Assembly (NCBI GenBank): GCA_965603825.1
Contig: CBFDEM010000003.1
Span: 124,001-188,000 of the forward strand
DNA length: 64,000 nucleotides
Direction: 5' to 3'
Source: Blepharisma stoltei ATCC 30299
Taxonomy: Eukaryota; Protista; Ciliophora
The notes beneath the pieces are model-generated. The model had not been told where the DNA came from and ran no database searches. It worked only from the letters and a program-made list of their open reading frames with translations. Positions 1 through 12,470 of the stretch are shown one piece after another; position 1 is the stretch's first letter; each line of letters starts with the position of its first letter. The translations under genes were made by a program, and so were the position numbers.

Positions 1-292
1 CTTGAAAAGTTCCGAGAATTTTTGTTATGAAGGAATGGTCAAGTTGTTCCATTATTTCTTTTTCGTTCCTAAGGTGCTTTATTTGCCTCATTTTCAAAAT
101 CGAGGTCTTTTTGAGGATTTTCAGAGCTAATGGCTTCATATGAGACTGATCCTTGCTCCGAACTAGTCTTACTCGACTGAAAGTGCCTACACCTAGAGTT
201 CCTAGGACGTCAAATGAGTCCATGGAGTATTTTTCTGATCTGAAATGGTCTGAATTCTGCTTCTCTGATGTTTCTGTCTTCTCCGGTTCCAT
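1..292 (-). CDS. AGC kinase, PKA catalytic subunit/PRKX-like (5' part; runs off window start)
   Basis: ATG at 292; translates MEPEK...FDVLGTLGVGTFSRVRLV...LALKILKKTSILKMRQIKHLRNEKEIMEQLDHSFITK, typical PKA-C subdomains I-IV. Absent from the ORF track because it is truncated. Confidence 0.85.
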   Translation of the reverse strand, partial: MEPEKTETSEKQNSDHFRSEKYSMDSFDVLGTLGVGTFSRVRLVRSKDQSHMKPLALKILKKTSILKMRQIKHLRNEKEIMEQLDHSFITKILGTFQ

Positions 293-978
293 ACTGATTG
301 TAGCTATATATAAGAAAGAAATTATTATTAACTTTAACAGATAATGCTACCGATTTAAATATTTTTTTCCAGGCTGTTATATGAACTTTTTCCAATAGAA
401 GGCATCTTGCTACGCTAAATACAGATTTCACAGCATTCGTAAGTGCTCAATTTTTATAAAAAATTTACTTTCAAAAATGATATGTTTTTTGCCCTTGGAG
501 AACTTAATTTACATCAGACTTTTTTTATTTAAATGTTGGATCAGAAAATAGTAAATTAAGTCATTTCATTGGATTAAAACTATGGTAAGCTCTTAGAAGA
601 GTCTTATTTCTGGGCCAAAATTCTTTTTTGTCTTGCATCATCTTTAAAATTTAGCTCGCCCTATTGATTTACTGAACTTTTTTTGTTTTGAGATTTTGTT
701 GAGAAATCCAGAGAAATTTGGCACAATCTTGACGATCTTGATGAATTTTTTTAATATTTTCTATAAAATTAAAGGAAATGACTTATTTCTTAACTTTTGC
801 TACTTATTAGAAGAAAAACACAGACCCAACAAAAAAGGAATTTTCTTATATAAGAATACTTATTAAAATAATGAATCTTCATTAAAGATTAATTCTTTTC
901 CATATTATCATTCATAATAAATTTAATGGATTTATTACAATTAATTTTTTTATTAAACTTATCAATTGCTTTTTTTCT

Positions 979-3669
979 TTATTTTATTGAATCAAAATAT
1001 AATTTTGCATTTTCTGGTAGCTCTTCAAGCTTCACTTTAACTGGAATTTCAGTTGGAGCTCTCTTTATAGTTCTTTGAGGTATTTCATTGGCTTTCTCTG
1101 AAAAAGTCATGTATGTGTCACTTTTTATATTAGGAGTAAATGCTAGTGATGACCGATTAGTTTTTACTGGAATCATGCTTGATTGTCTGCTTAGAGTTTT
1201 GCTGTTGGCATCTTCATATTTTGCTCGTTCTTCCTTTCTAATTATCAGCATATTTTGTATAAATTTTGAAGCTACGATATCTTTTAATATTTTTTTATAT
1301 AAAAGTGTGTCTTTATATCGAATAAGAAGAGATCCAAGCAGCAAATTTCCTGTCGCTAATTGCTCTACTAATAAAGCTGTCAACACAAACTTTTTGGCTT
1401 TGAATCATTTAAATGCTTTTTGAATTTTTACAGCTGCCTTTTTCCATGCCCTGACTTTTTTTCTAACAAAATATCCTTTTACATAAGCCTGAATTTTCAT
1501 AGCCGATTTTAATGATGATTTTTTATTTTTTTCTGAAGGAGAAGGCGGGAAATTTCATAAAGAAAGCTGATTTAGGCTTTCTTTCGGAACATTAATACGA
1601 ACCTTTTTTGCAGTGTTTGGGTCGAAATCTTTAATAGGCCGGGGCTGAGGGCTATAAGAACGAGACAAGTATCCAAGCTTGATCATAAAAGATTTAAATC
1701 TTGGGGATCCTAAAGGATGAGCAGTTGTTTCTAAAACTCTACGTGGGCCAAACTTCATAGTTCTCCCATATCTTTCTTTGCAAATATTCCTATATATTGT
1801 GACATCTCTTTGAAAATTTTCTTGTCTCTGTCTTAACTCTTTCCTTCTTTCTTCAGCTTCTAGCATATATTTATCACTTAATTCAGTACTTGCTCTTTGA
1901 TGGGCAACTTTTGCAGAAAGATAAGAATATCTTGCTTTATTTAATTTTTTCATATCAATTTGGCAATTTCCAATAATATGGTCTGCAAATTTTACCTTTG
2001 CAGCTTCATAATCAGATTTATTTCTTTTTCATTTTTTAATCATTTTACACCCACTTATAGCTTGGTCAAAATCTTGTACTTTATCTATATATTTTGCCTG
2101 GTTTTGCAAAGCTAATAAATTTGAGCTTGAAATTCCGGTTTTTTCTTGGAGTTCTTTAAGCCGCCTTATTTCTTCTTGTGATGGGTCTAATTCTTCTCTT
2201 TCTTTGGTAATTTTTTTTAAATTTGAGATTGATGACCTTTTGGTATTTTTTTTCTCCTGGTCAATTTGAAAATAATTGTCGTCGTTGTAGTCTAAATCAT
2301 TAACCCATGGAGAATGTCTATCATATTTTCATTCAATATTTTGTGTGGTGCGGGTAGGCGGCAAGTCTTTTTCAACTTCTTTAAAAAGTCTGGTTTTTAC
2401 GAGGGAGTTAAAACTGTGGGTTTTTCTTAACATTGATTTAAATGCTGATTCTTGCTCTTCAGTCCATTCGTTTCCTTGGTGAAGATCTTTTCGAGATAAG
2501 GAATCTTTAAAATAGTCAGGATGATTTAAAATTCGATAAAGCTCTGAAGGGTTTTCCCTTATCATGCTGTATAGTTTTTGGTTTAAAGCTTTATATTGAG
2601 CAGCTTCTCTTGGGTTAATATTTTCTTCAACTATTGGCCGAGTTTTAAACATTATTTGCATTAATTCACCTAAAGAATTTTTATTGGTCTCTTCTTCTTT
2701 ATTATAAGATTTTCGAATTTCGCTGAGGATTTTATAGTATTTCTTTTTTTCTAATATTTTTGGGTCATCTGAATTTTTAGGAGACCGACTTTTTGGCCTG
2801 AAATCTTTTACACTACCTAAATCTAAGGTGCTGTCTGAGTTTTCTCTTTTTAATTTTCTTTTTTTATAATTTATGTGTTTAGTAGTGACTGAGCCTGAAG
2901 GTAGCAAACCTTCTGAAGGATTTGTACTTCCTTCTGAGTCTTGGGGAATATGAGAATTTACTTCAATTAAATATTTTTTTAAAGTTTTTTTACTAGGTCT
3001 TGTAGTAAACGGAAATCTTGAAGAAATTTTTGATAATTTTTGATTATCAAATTCAAATAAATTTGAATCAATATTTAAAGAAGATGCTCTTCTGTTTACA
3101 GCTTTATTTTCTTGAAAATCATTAGAAGCTTCATTGTTTGGGAAAACAAAATTGATTTCATTACCAGAAGTTTCTTCATAGGTGTCGTTTTTAATATTTA
3201 CTGAATTTTTAGTGACTTTTTTTTTAAGCAAATTTTTTCGCTTCTCTTTTTTCTTAGGAGAGCTGTTAGGTGAAGCTGGCGTTGAAGTAAATTTTATTTC
3301 CATAAAATTTTTCACAGAGGTCTTGCAACGGTGCTTTGGTGTTTTTGCATGAAGTCTCGACATCACTGTATTTTGGTGATTTAGGTTTAGAAATCTGTGA
3401 TCTGGAATTCGAATTGGGTTAATTTTTGATTTTGAACCATCAGGAACAAGCGAAAGATCAAGACTATCCAAAATTTTCAGGAAATGGTGTTTGGATTCCT
3501 CTCTTAACATATTTTCAGCAGCTTTACTACTATCAGTCTCTATTTTCTGCGAAGGAATGTAGCTATTTAATGGAGAAGAAGGGGTTGACTTATTTGTGCC
3601 GACTTCTTTTTGACTTTGAACATATTTTTGAAACTCTTCTTCAGTAAGGATCAAAATTTCTGAATCCAT
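979..3669 (-). CDS. IQ-motif protein, largely low complexity (~896 aa)
   Basis: ORFs 2329-3669, 1555-1953 and 979-1386 join in frame through TGA only; two IQ motifs (AMKIQAYVKGYFVRKK, AAVKIQKAFKWFKAKK) at about 1390-1500. Confidence 0.8.
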
Positions 3670-3964
3670 TTATAATTATATGTATATCAATATTTTTCAT
3701 AGATTATATTATAGCATGGCACTTATATAGTATATAAAGAACGTTAATGTCTTAAAAAATATAAAAAATATAAATTACTTTGTTATATTTTAATTATATA
3801 ATGAATTATGCTTTATGAATTTATGATAAAGAAATTGATAAATAGTAATTACACTGGTTTTAATTAAAAATTGTTTTTAATAATTTCATCAAAATTTATA
3901 ATTCAGCTTTTAACATACGTGCTTCCATAAATTATAGCGCATTACTATAATTTATTATTCAAAT

Positions 3965-4672
3965 TTAAAATCTGAATGGTTTTTTTGGTTCAATTAAAAA
4001 ATATTTCCTTAAGTGGCTTAGTGATATTTTAGATTTTGAATTATTTGGTATTTTGGGTTGAAAATTTTGTCTATGCAAATCACATTTAATTTTCTGGCTA
4101 CTAAAATTTTTCTTCAAAGGGCTTGGGCTTCTCTCATAATAAATATTTGTGCAATTTTTGCTTTCTTGAGTTGGTAATCTATCATATTTTATTTTTGAAG
4201 AACTTGCTAGCTCAGTTTTCAGCCTTTGCACTTTTCTTCTAATCTCTTCAGCTTCTTTTTTTATTATCATATTCTTATAAGTCGATTTGATTCATTTATC
4301 CAGTTTTCCTTTATTATTGTGAAAAGTCTTTAAAAAATCATCATTACCCATTGGCTGATGAAGTGCAGAGGTTGATGCTCCACGCGAATTTTTCTTATGA
4401 AAACTTGTTTGGAGCATTTTAGGAATCCCTGATTTTCTATCTGAAACTTGTGGGGAAGGCGAAATTGTTTTATTATTACAAAGAGTCAGGTAAGACTGAT
4501 AGTCAAAGTTGAAATTTGAGTAATCTTCAATAAATCTCCTTGGGGAGCCAACACAGCTGCTGACTACGCTGAAGACTGGATTTTGAGAGTCAAGCTGCCT
4601 TGATCTAGAGTTGCTTCTGAGCTTGGACTTTCTTGTGAGAAAGTCTAAAGAGTATCTATTTTCCTTCTTCAT
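3965..4672 (-). CDS. hypothetical basic, Ser-rich protein
   Basis: ORFs 4292-4675 and 3965-4270 join in frame via TGA at 4292; ATG at 4672, TAA at 3965. Confidence 0.7.
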
Positions 4673-4867
4673 CAAATATTAGAAATTATTATATCTTTAC
4701 GTAGAACGGTTTATTTTGTAATATATAATTTTGAGATAAATCAGTTATAACCGACATTTAACTTTTATGAGAAATAGCAAAAATTGCCTTTTTATTAAAG
4801 AAAAATAGATTCATCATAGAAAATCCTTATAAATAAAAACTAAATTATATTATATCGGCTTCTTAAT

Positions 4868-5752
4868 TTAGAAGTAAACTTCCCTCGCTTCTCTAATTTT
4901 AGTTTTACAAAGCGGACATACAACACCTTGCGCTCTACGTCCGATTGGAGTATTCAGCTGCAGCTTCATCTGAATAATAGTACAGTCTTTACACGCAACA
5001 ATATGCCCACACGGCAAAAACACAACATTTTTCATAGAATTCCTACAAAGCAAGCATTCTAAATCTTGTTCAATATTATCCTGACCTGTGCTCTGTTGTC
5101 TCTTTAATTGTGAATTTAAATTTTTTATCTGTTCTGAAGCATTATCATGCTGCTCTTTTAATGCTTTTATTTTTGTAAATAAGCTGGCACTCAGCTGGGC
5201 ATATTGGTTACTTTCTTTATTTTTCTGTTCAATAGCTTCTTTTAAGGCCAAAGTTTGTGTAAAAATCTCATCTTTGACGATTTTTACAGCTTTAATGTAA
5301 TTTATTATCGAGTCCATTCCTTCCCCGAAAAGCTCGACATAAGTAAATTTGAAAATAGCCAGCTTAGCAGCACAGAAAAATGACCCTAGGCCAGGGCGGT
5401 CTTGCATATGTGCAATTAAATAGACAAAATCTGGATTTTGAGGGTTGGAAAATTCTGCCATTCGTATTGAAGAACCTGAGTAAAGTCCTTGAAGTAGCAG
5501 CTGCTCAAATCCACAGAATAAATTTTGTGTTGTTTCTTGGTCTGTACATTCATAGAGAAGTGCACAAATATGAGTAGAAAGATCTTGATTTAAAAGGAAA
5601 GGCAAGTAAGGAAAATCAAAGACGCTGATTAGCCTTTGAAATGTCAGAGATGAGATAGATGGCGTTTCAGTCATTTCTTGGTATGACTGAACGCTAAAAT
5701 GTCCTTCTGGTAATGTAAGATCAAGCTTGTAAAATGAAGAGTGTATTAGCAT
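4868..5752 (-). CDS. coiled-coil plus C-terminal C3HC4 RING protein (putative E3 ligase)
   Basis: CLLCRNSMKNVVFLPCGHIVACKDC...CPLCK at the C-terminus; start codon uncertain. Confidence 0.8.
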   Translation of the reverse strand: MLIHSSFYKLDLTLPEGHFSVQSYQEMTETPSISSLTFQRLISVFDFPYLPFLLNQDLSTHICALLYECTDQETTQNLFCGFEQLLLQGLYSGSSIRMAEFSNPQNPDFVYLIAHMQDRPGLGSFFCAAKLAIFKFTYVELFGEGMDSIINYIKAVKIVKDEIFTQTLALKEAIEQKNKESNQYAQLSASLFTKIKALKEQHDNASEQIKNLNSQLKRQQSTGQDNIEQDLECLLCRNSMKNVVFLPCGHIVACKDCTIIQMKLQLNTPIGRRAQGVVCPLCKTKIREAREVYF

Positions 5753-6020
5753 TTTTTTTTACCAAAAGTTACTATATAACTCATTAAGATTCTGGTACAA
5801 AATTTTCCTGGATTTTTGTTAGAATTTGATAGAACAAATAGAAAGAAGGATGATGGCATTATTTAAAAGATTGTTTAACTGATGAGATGAACGGGAAAAT
5901 TATAAAAAAATAAAAAATATTTGAGTTTGTTTATAGTAAATAAGATCAATGTGGATTAATTAATATACTAATTTTATGGATTTATTTTATAAGAAATCTG
6001 GCTCTGGGATTCACATGTGC

Positions 6021-6767
6021 CTAGATATCCCAAGTTTTGAGTTGCCTTCTCCACTTGCTAGTAATTTTTTTTATTTCTTTAATCGTAATATCTTTTTCTA
6101 CGTTATGGTACCTCTGGTTAAGTCTTCTTATTCTACGTTTTCAAAGTATTTCGTCTGTATCCATTTTGGTGATATGCTTCAGTCCTTTTATTAAGTCTTC
6201 CAAATCAGTTTTGGTCTGCTTAAATTGGCTTTTCAAGTCTTTTGTGCTTTCTTTGTCCAGTGAACTTATAAAATTTTCAATCTTCTCATGATGTGGACTG
6301 ATTGGTGCTTCACACACTTTCCCAGAAAAATTATTTTTTGAGTCGTGTCCGAGTTTTTGTCGATAAGCAGACCGTGAACTTCATAATGGGTCTTTAAAAT
6401 CTCCAAAATTCATAAATCTAAGGGTAGCACTATTAGGGCTTGAAGGAGAATTTGCTCTTAAATTACTCGAAATTGAGATTAATGAAGGAGACTTCGGCAG
6501 AAAGTTTAATGGGTGAATATCGTCATGATGCAAATGTTTTTGTATCGCAGCGTTCATTTCTTCTTTTGAAGTAAAAATCGGGGTCTTAGAATGGTGATTT
6601 AGGGTATTTTGGTAATTCAGACAATTTAATTTTAAAGGCTCTGGCTGTGGGGAACTTGGATTTGTTTTAGCATTTGGCTCTAAAATAACCAATCTTTTTG
6701 CTTTTTTTGGGGCGGCAGTCTTTGTTTTTGATTTTTTCTTTCGGTGAAGGCCTTTTTGAGTTTCCAT
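6021..6767 (-). CDS. hypothetical protein (~248 aa)
   Basis: ORF 6381-6767 reads on through TGA (6381, 6141) to TAG at 6021. Confidence 0.7.
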
Positions 6768-7126
6768 TTAATAATTGACTTATAAGGTAAAAAAACGTCA
6801 AAAAAATTTGTACAAAATAAATATTATATGGCTATTTCTGATAGTCAAGAGAATGACTTTTATAAGAAATAATTTTTAATTATTATCAACAGAAATTTAA
6901 AGAAAATAAAATTTTTTATATAAACTCTAGTTTATCTATATCAAAATGGCATGATACTGCTTATTTTCCCCAGTACAAAATTTATCCTCTTGTCTTCTCC
7001 TAATAACTCCTACAACTCTTTAATAAATTTATTAAACATCTATTCCTTTGAAATTTATTAAAAATCCTCAGATTTTCTCGACTTTTAAACAAATTTTTAG
7101 AAAACATTCACGACATTGCCATAAAT

Positions 7127-8608
7127 ATGGAAGAGGTCGAGGAAACAAAGCCTCAAAAAAGGCAGCACGATAAAGTGACTTTAGAGACTGTAATTCCTCC
7201 ACTACCATCTAAACCAGAACGAATTCCAGCTCCAGACCAAATAAAGCTAGAACGTGATATCAAGGCAATAGAAAGGGATATTGAAAAATTAAAGTCACAG
7301 AAAGAAGCCATTCAGAACATAATCACACTCAAAAAAGAAGGTGGCAAAGCTGAAAGCAAAGATGTCTCTGTCCAGGAAGACAAAAAATCAAAAATCAGTA
7401 GCATAAAAGATTGGAGAGGAGAACTCAATCGCTTGCATGAGCGATTCAACGCTCTTAAAGAAGAGTACTCAAACCTTATTGAGGATAATAAAAGAATCAA
7501 GCCAAAAATCCAACTTTTCGACGAAGAGGACATTGATAAGACTATTGAAGAAATTGAGGTGAAGCTTGAGACGACTACTATGCCTCTTCCAGAAGAAAAA
7601 AAGCTTATACAAAAGTTAGGACTTTTGAAACAATCAAGACCCCTTGCTACTGAATATAAAACCAGATCAGCAAGGATCGCAGAACTAAAAAAAGAAAAAG
7701 ATTCAACCTGGGCCCAAATTGAAGCTCTCAAAAAGCAAGTCATCGACACAAACGCTGAAATCGGAAGCATCACAGCTAGACTTAAAGAAAGCAAAGAAAA
7801 ACTCCAAACAGAAATCCCACAGCTTATAGAAGAAAGAAAACAGATCCAAGAAAAAATCAAAGAGCTCATTGAGAAGAAAAAACAAGTCAATGACGAATTT
7901 TATGAAGAAAAAAGAAAATACAATGAACAAAGGCAACAAATTCAGTATATAGAATGGGCTACAAAAATAAAGGAAAAATTAATAAAACAAGAAGAATATA
8001 AGAAAGCTGAAGAAGAAAGGAAAAAATATGAAGAAGAAAATAAGCCTCATCCATATGAAAAAGAAATTACACAGTGTGAGAATTTTATTGCTTATCTTCA
8101 GAGACTTGTACCAAATGAAGAAGAAAGCAAAGAAGAAAGTAAAGAAGAGACAAAAGATGAATTTTTAGCCAAAAAAGAACAAAGAGGAGCTCAGGAAAGT
8201 GAGCAGTGGTTTGGGCAAGCTAAGAAAAAGACCAAGAAAAAGAGAGAAAGAGGAAGAAAGAAAGAATCAGAGCCATTGTTGGCATTGCCGATTGAGCTTT
8301 TGAATTTCTTTTCATTCGCTGGAATCAAAGTGCCTACTAAATCTGAAGAACTTTCCTCTACCATTGAAGAGCTCGAGAAAAAGCGAGATTACTTCGAGTC
8401 ATTAGAAGAAAGAGTTGAAACAAAAGAAGAAAAAACTAATGTAAAAGCCAAGCCAGCTCAGCCTGAAATCAAACCTACAGATTTCCCAGCACCTATTGAA
8501 AGCCAAGTTAAAGAAGAATACGGAATTTTCAAAGATGACGGGCCTGTACCCAAAAAAGAAGAAACCAAGCAAACAAGAGGTAGAAGGAACTTCAAGAGAG
8601 GTAACTAA
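7127..8608 (+). CDS. coiled-coil protein, Bfr1/proton-pump-interactor-like
   Basis: Long coiled coil, PYEKEITQCENFIAYL, a Lys tract, then a LPIELLNFFSFAGIKVP...LEKKRDYF block resembling the Bfr1/PPI family. Confidence 0.6.
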   Translation: MEEVEETKPQKRQHDKVTLETVIPPLPSKPERIPAPDQIKLERDIKAIERDIEKLKSQKEAIQNIITLKKEGGKAESKDVSVQEDKKSKISSIKDWRGELNRLHERFNALKEEYSNLIEDNKRIKPKIQLFDEEDIDKTIEEIEVKLETTTMPLPEEKKLIQKLGLLKQSRPLATEYKTRSARIAELKKEKDSTWAQIEALKKQVIDTNAEIGSITARLKESKEKLQTEIPQLIEERKQIQEKIKELIEKKKQVNDEFYEEKRKYNEQRQQIQYIEWATKIKEKLIKQEEYKKAEEERKKYEEENKPHPYEKEITQCENFIAYLQRLVPNEEESKEESKEETKDEFLAKKEQRGAQESEQWFGQAKKKTKKKRERGRKKESEPLLALPIELLNFFSFAGIKVPTKSEELSSTIEELEKKRDYFESLEERVETKEEKTNVKAKPAQPEIKPTDFPAPIESQVKEEYGIFKDDGPVPKKEETKQTRGRRNFKRGN

Positions 8609-9039
8609 GCTTAATATGGTCAGTAGGCTATTTATCAATTTAATTTATTTTGTGTTGAAAAATATCTTTTGATTTTATTATATCATAATAATTTTGCCTT
8701 CATTTTATTATCTTTGGTTAAGAATCTGGCAATTTCTAAGACTTCTGAGTCGCATTCAGCAGTATAACAATTTTGAGGTATGAAAGTTTATTTTTTAAGA
8801 TGTGGAAGCTAAGGATATTACTAAATTATTATAGAAAGATGATTGCAACATAAAGTGATATTTTGAAATTATTTTGTTGATTAAGAAATGTAAAAACAAT
8901 TGAATAAAACTTGGCTTAATGTCTTAGCCTTAGTAATTATAGGAGGGAGAGGAGGCTTAAATCTTAAGATTAGTGCTCGCTAACCTTAATTCTACTGTTA
9001 ATTTAAACAGTAAAGTTATAATAATCGTAAAAATAATAG

Positions 9040-10938
9040 ATGAGCTGGTTTGCAAGAAAAAAGGAGGTAGTCACAGAAGATCATCAAATAATCCAGGAAA
9101 GAATTATCAAAATCAATGGAGACCCAGGGACAAAATCCTACCGCAAAGGCAAGTTCCTCGGCAAAGGCGGTTTTGCAAGAGTTTACGAATTTTGATGCCA
9201 AGAATCCAAACAACTTACCGCTGGCAAAATTTTGCCGAAATCTGCCCTACTGAAAGCTCGTGCTCGTCAGAAACTTATGAATGAAATCAAAATCCACCGT
9301 TCCTTGCACCACACAAATATAGTTGGCTTTGATCATTATTTCGAAGACGGTGAGAACATCTATATTTTATTAGAGCTCTGCACAAATCAAACGCTTTGTG
9401 AAGTCATGAGACGTCGAAAGCGCATTACTGAGCTTGAAGTACAATATTATATGCTACAATTAATCAAGGCTTTGCAATATTTGCATGCCCATAAAATTAT
9501 TCATAGGGATATAAAATTAGGAAATTTATTTATAACTGACCAAATGGAACTCAAGCTAGGTGACTTTGGTTTAGCAGCTAAAATAGAATTTGATGGGGAA
9601 AGGAAAAGAACTATTTGTGGGACACCAAATTATATAGCTCCAGAAGTCATTGACGGCAAGCAAGGGCATTCTTATGAGGTCGACATATGGAGTCTTGGAG
9701 CTTTAATGTTTACACTTCTCGTCGGAAAAGCTCCTTTTGAGGCTGCAGATCTTCGGGCCACCTATAAAAACATCCAAAAACTAGTTTATACCTTTCCTGA
9801 TCATATTCCAATCTCAAAAGAAGCCAAAACGCTTATTTCAAATATTTTAAAAATCGACCCAACAACGCGCCCAAACTTAGAACAGATTTTAGCTTCACCT
9901 TTTTTTACAAAAAACCCTATCCCTAAGCAGCTTCCTGCAAGTACTTTAGCAGTGCCTCCAAGTAATTCATTTTTGCAGCAATTTAATATACAAATTAAGC
10001 CTTCAAGAAATAGTGATGAAATAATATTGGAGCATGGGGCAATGACGACAAGGGAAAATTGCCAAAAAATCATTAATTTTGAGGAAAGCGAAACAATTAG
10101 AAGTAGATTTAACCCTACTCCTTTGAGTACTAAAGGTGACTGAGATGCACCAAGAGAAAGGCTGGCGGCTACTCCTACAAGCTTAGAAAGCGGCTGAGAC
10201 ACTCCTAGGGAAAAATTCAGCTCGACACCAACAATTTCAGAAAGAGGCTGTGAGACCCCGAATCCTTCAGAAAGAGGATCATTGACTCCTAGGTCACACA
10301 AAAAAGTAGCTGTGGCGAGTAATTATAATGGATCAAGTAATGATGGTGGGCCAAATACATGAATAAAAAAATGAGTGGATTATTCAGATAAATATGGGGT
10401 TGGGTATATGATGAATGATTATTGCATTGGGGTTTATTTTAATGACGCTAGCAAAATGATAGGGATTGCTAAAAGCAGCGGTTTTAAATACATTTCTAAG
10501 CAGTCATCTGTAGATGAAGCTGTGACAAGCTATACTATTCAAGATTTCCCGAAGGAGCTGCATAAAAAAGTAGCACTTTTGCAGCATTTCCAAAAAAATC
10601 TTTTGATTAATGAAAAAATTGGAAATGCAAAAGGAAATGAACCTTTGGTTTATATTAAAAAATGGCTCGGAACTAACCATGCTCATGTATTTCGGCTGAG
10701 CAACAACGTTGTGCAAGTGTTTTTTATTGACAAAACTGAGCTGATACTTTGTAATGATGGAAAAACAGTCATTTATGTAAACAAGCTCAAAGAGAAGCAG
10801 TCATATCAGCTAAGTAAGATTGTGGACAGTGGAAATAATGAGCTTTCAAAAAGGCTGAGATATACAAAAGAAATTTTAAAAATTATGCTTCAAAACCAAA
10901 GCCCTTCACAGTTGCCAGAAGATAGTTTGTTTAACTAA
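9040..10938 (+). CDS. PLK: Polo-like kinase
   Basis: ATG 9040; GKFLGKGGFA, HRDIKLGN, GDFGLA, TICGTPNYIAPE; polo box W-I-K-K-W-V-D-Y-S-D-K-Y-G with both Trp encoded by TGA; second polo box KWLGTNHA...FRLSN. Confidence 0.95.
10090..10295 (+). repeat. degenerate ~54-nt (18-aa) repeat in the PLK linker
   Basis: TIRSRFNPTPLSTKGDWD / APRERLAATPTSLESGWD / TPREKFSSTPTISERGCE / TPNPSERGSLTPR. Confidence 0.6.
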
Positions 10939-11144
10939 TTTATTTACTTAAAATCTATATCCCCTTACTTTCTATGATTTATTTTAATGTGTATAACATT
11001 AAAAATATTTTTCTCTTCATCAAGAAAATAAAGATTTACTAATTTCTCCTGAAATTTTATATATAAAGCCATAATAGACAGTTCGAAATTCAAAAATTTT
11101 TACTCCTAGAGCATCTATTATGGAACTAATAAAATTTATCTTAG

Positions 11145-12470
11145 ATGGAAAATATGGACTCTCGGCTATCTGATTTTTCAATTCAAGGCGAGCTTGGCAC
11201 AGGAAGCAGCGGGACTGTTTATAAAGCTAAAAGCTTGATAGATAACAATATCTATGCATTAAAAAAGATTAACATTTCAAATCTTTCTTTTGAAGAAAAG
11301 TCTGAAGCTCAAACTTTGAAAAAACTAGACCATCCAAATATCATAAAATACTATGGATCATTTAAAGAAGGCGACTGATTTTATATCATCATGGAATATG
11401 CTGAAGGCGGCGACCTCCACAAACTTTTTAAGCACCATCAAACTTTAAAAGTGAATTTTGACGAAAAAGAAATTTGGAAAATAATTATAGGCTTAGTCAA
11501 AGGTATTTCATATTTGCACTCTCAGCACATAATTCATAGAGACATTAAATGCTTGAATATTTTATTGACAAAGGATAGGAAGCCTAAGCTTGGGGATTTA
11601 GGCTCCTCGAAATTAGTATCAAGCACCATGAATTATAATAGAGTAGGAACTCCTCATTATTTGTCACCAGAAATGGTCCGGTGTCTTCCATATGATTATA
11701 AAACTGATATTTGGGCATTAGGATGTGTCGTTTATACCTTGGCATGCTTAGAAATCCCTTTTAAAGGGGAAAGTTTGTTATCATTAGGATTAAGTATAGT
11801 AAATAGTGAACCGAAAAGGCTTCCTGGAATGTACTCACAGGATTTAACGAATTTGTGTATGAAACTTCTTATGAAACAGCCAGTTGATAGACCAACTGCT
11901 GAAGAAATTATGGAGTTGATACCAAGTCAGTATAAAAATGAGCATGAAACTTTTATAAATATAGAAGAAGAGATAGGTAAACAATATAAAACTGATTATT
12001 TTAGAAAACCAAACATATCGCCTATAAGGACTTTTTCGCTGCAAGAAAAACCAGATTTTTCTGAGAAATATTTAAATAAGCAAGAAATTAAAAATTCACC
12101 AGCCACAGATTCTCCACTCATTGGGAAAGTTTTAGTCTCATTAGAAAGAAAAAGGAATAGCAAAAGGCTTTTAATCAAAAGAGCATCAGTAGGCCAGAAT
12201 AAAAAAGCTAAACTTATCAGCCTTGCTAATCAAAGAAGAGAGCCTGAAAGTGCTAGAAGACCATTGACTTCTGCAAGAGTTTTATACCAAACTGTAAATG
12301 ACAGCTTAACTCCGAAAGATAGATCAGCATCAGCTTTGAAAGCTCCACATCTGACCAAGCATGAAGCCCATCCCCTAGCCTTCAGTACCAAAATGCCTAG
12401 TCTTGATGGGGATGATGAGCATGTAGGATTGAAATCTCTGGCAATGTCGAGGACGAAGAGCTTATCTTAA
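11145..12470 (+). CDS. NIMA-related (NEK) kinase
   Basis: GTGSSGTV, YALKKI, FKEGD-W(TGA)-FYIIMEYAEGGDL, HRDIKCLN, LGDLG, VGTPHYLSPE; two ORFs join via TGA at 11376. Confidence 0.9.

Noticed and set aside
5753-5860. Upstream extension of the RING gene from ATG 5859
   Set aside because: Out of frame with the main ORF, and no consensus tiny intron fixes it; an error in the T-run at 5752-5760 cannot be excluded.
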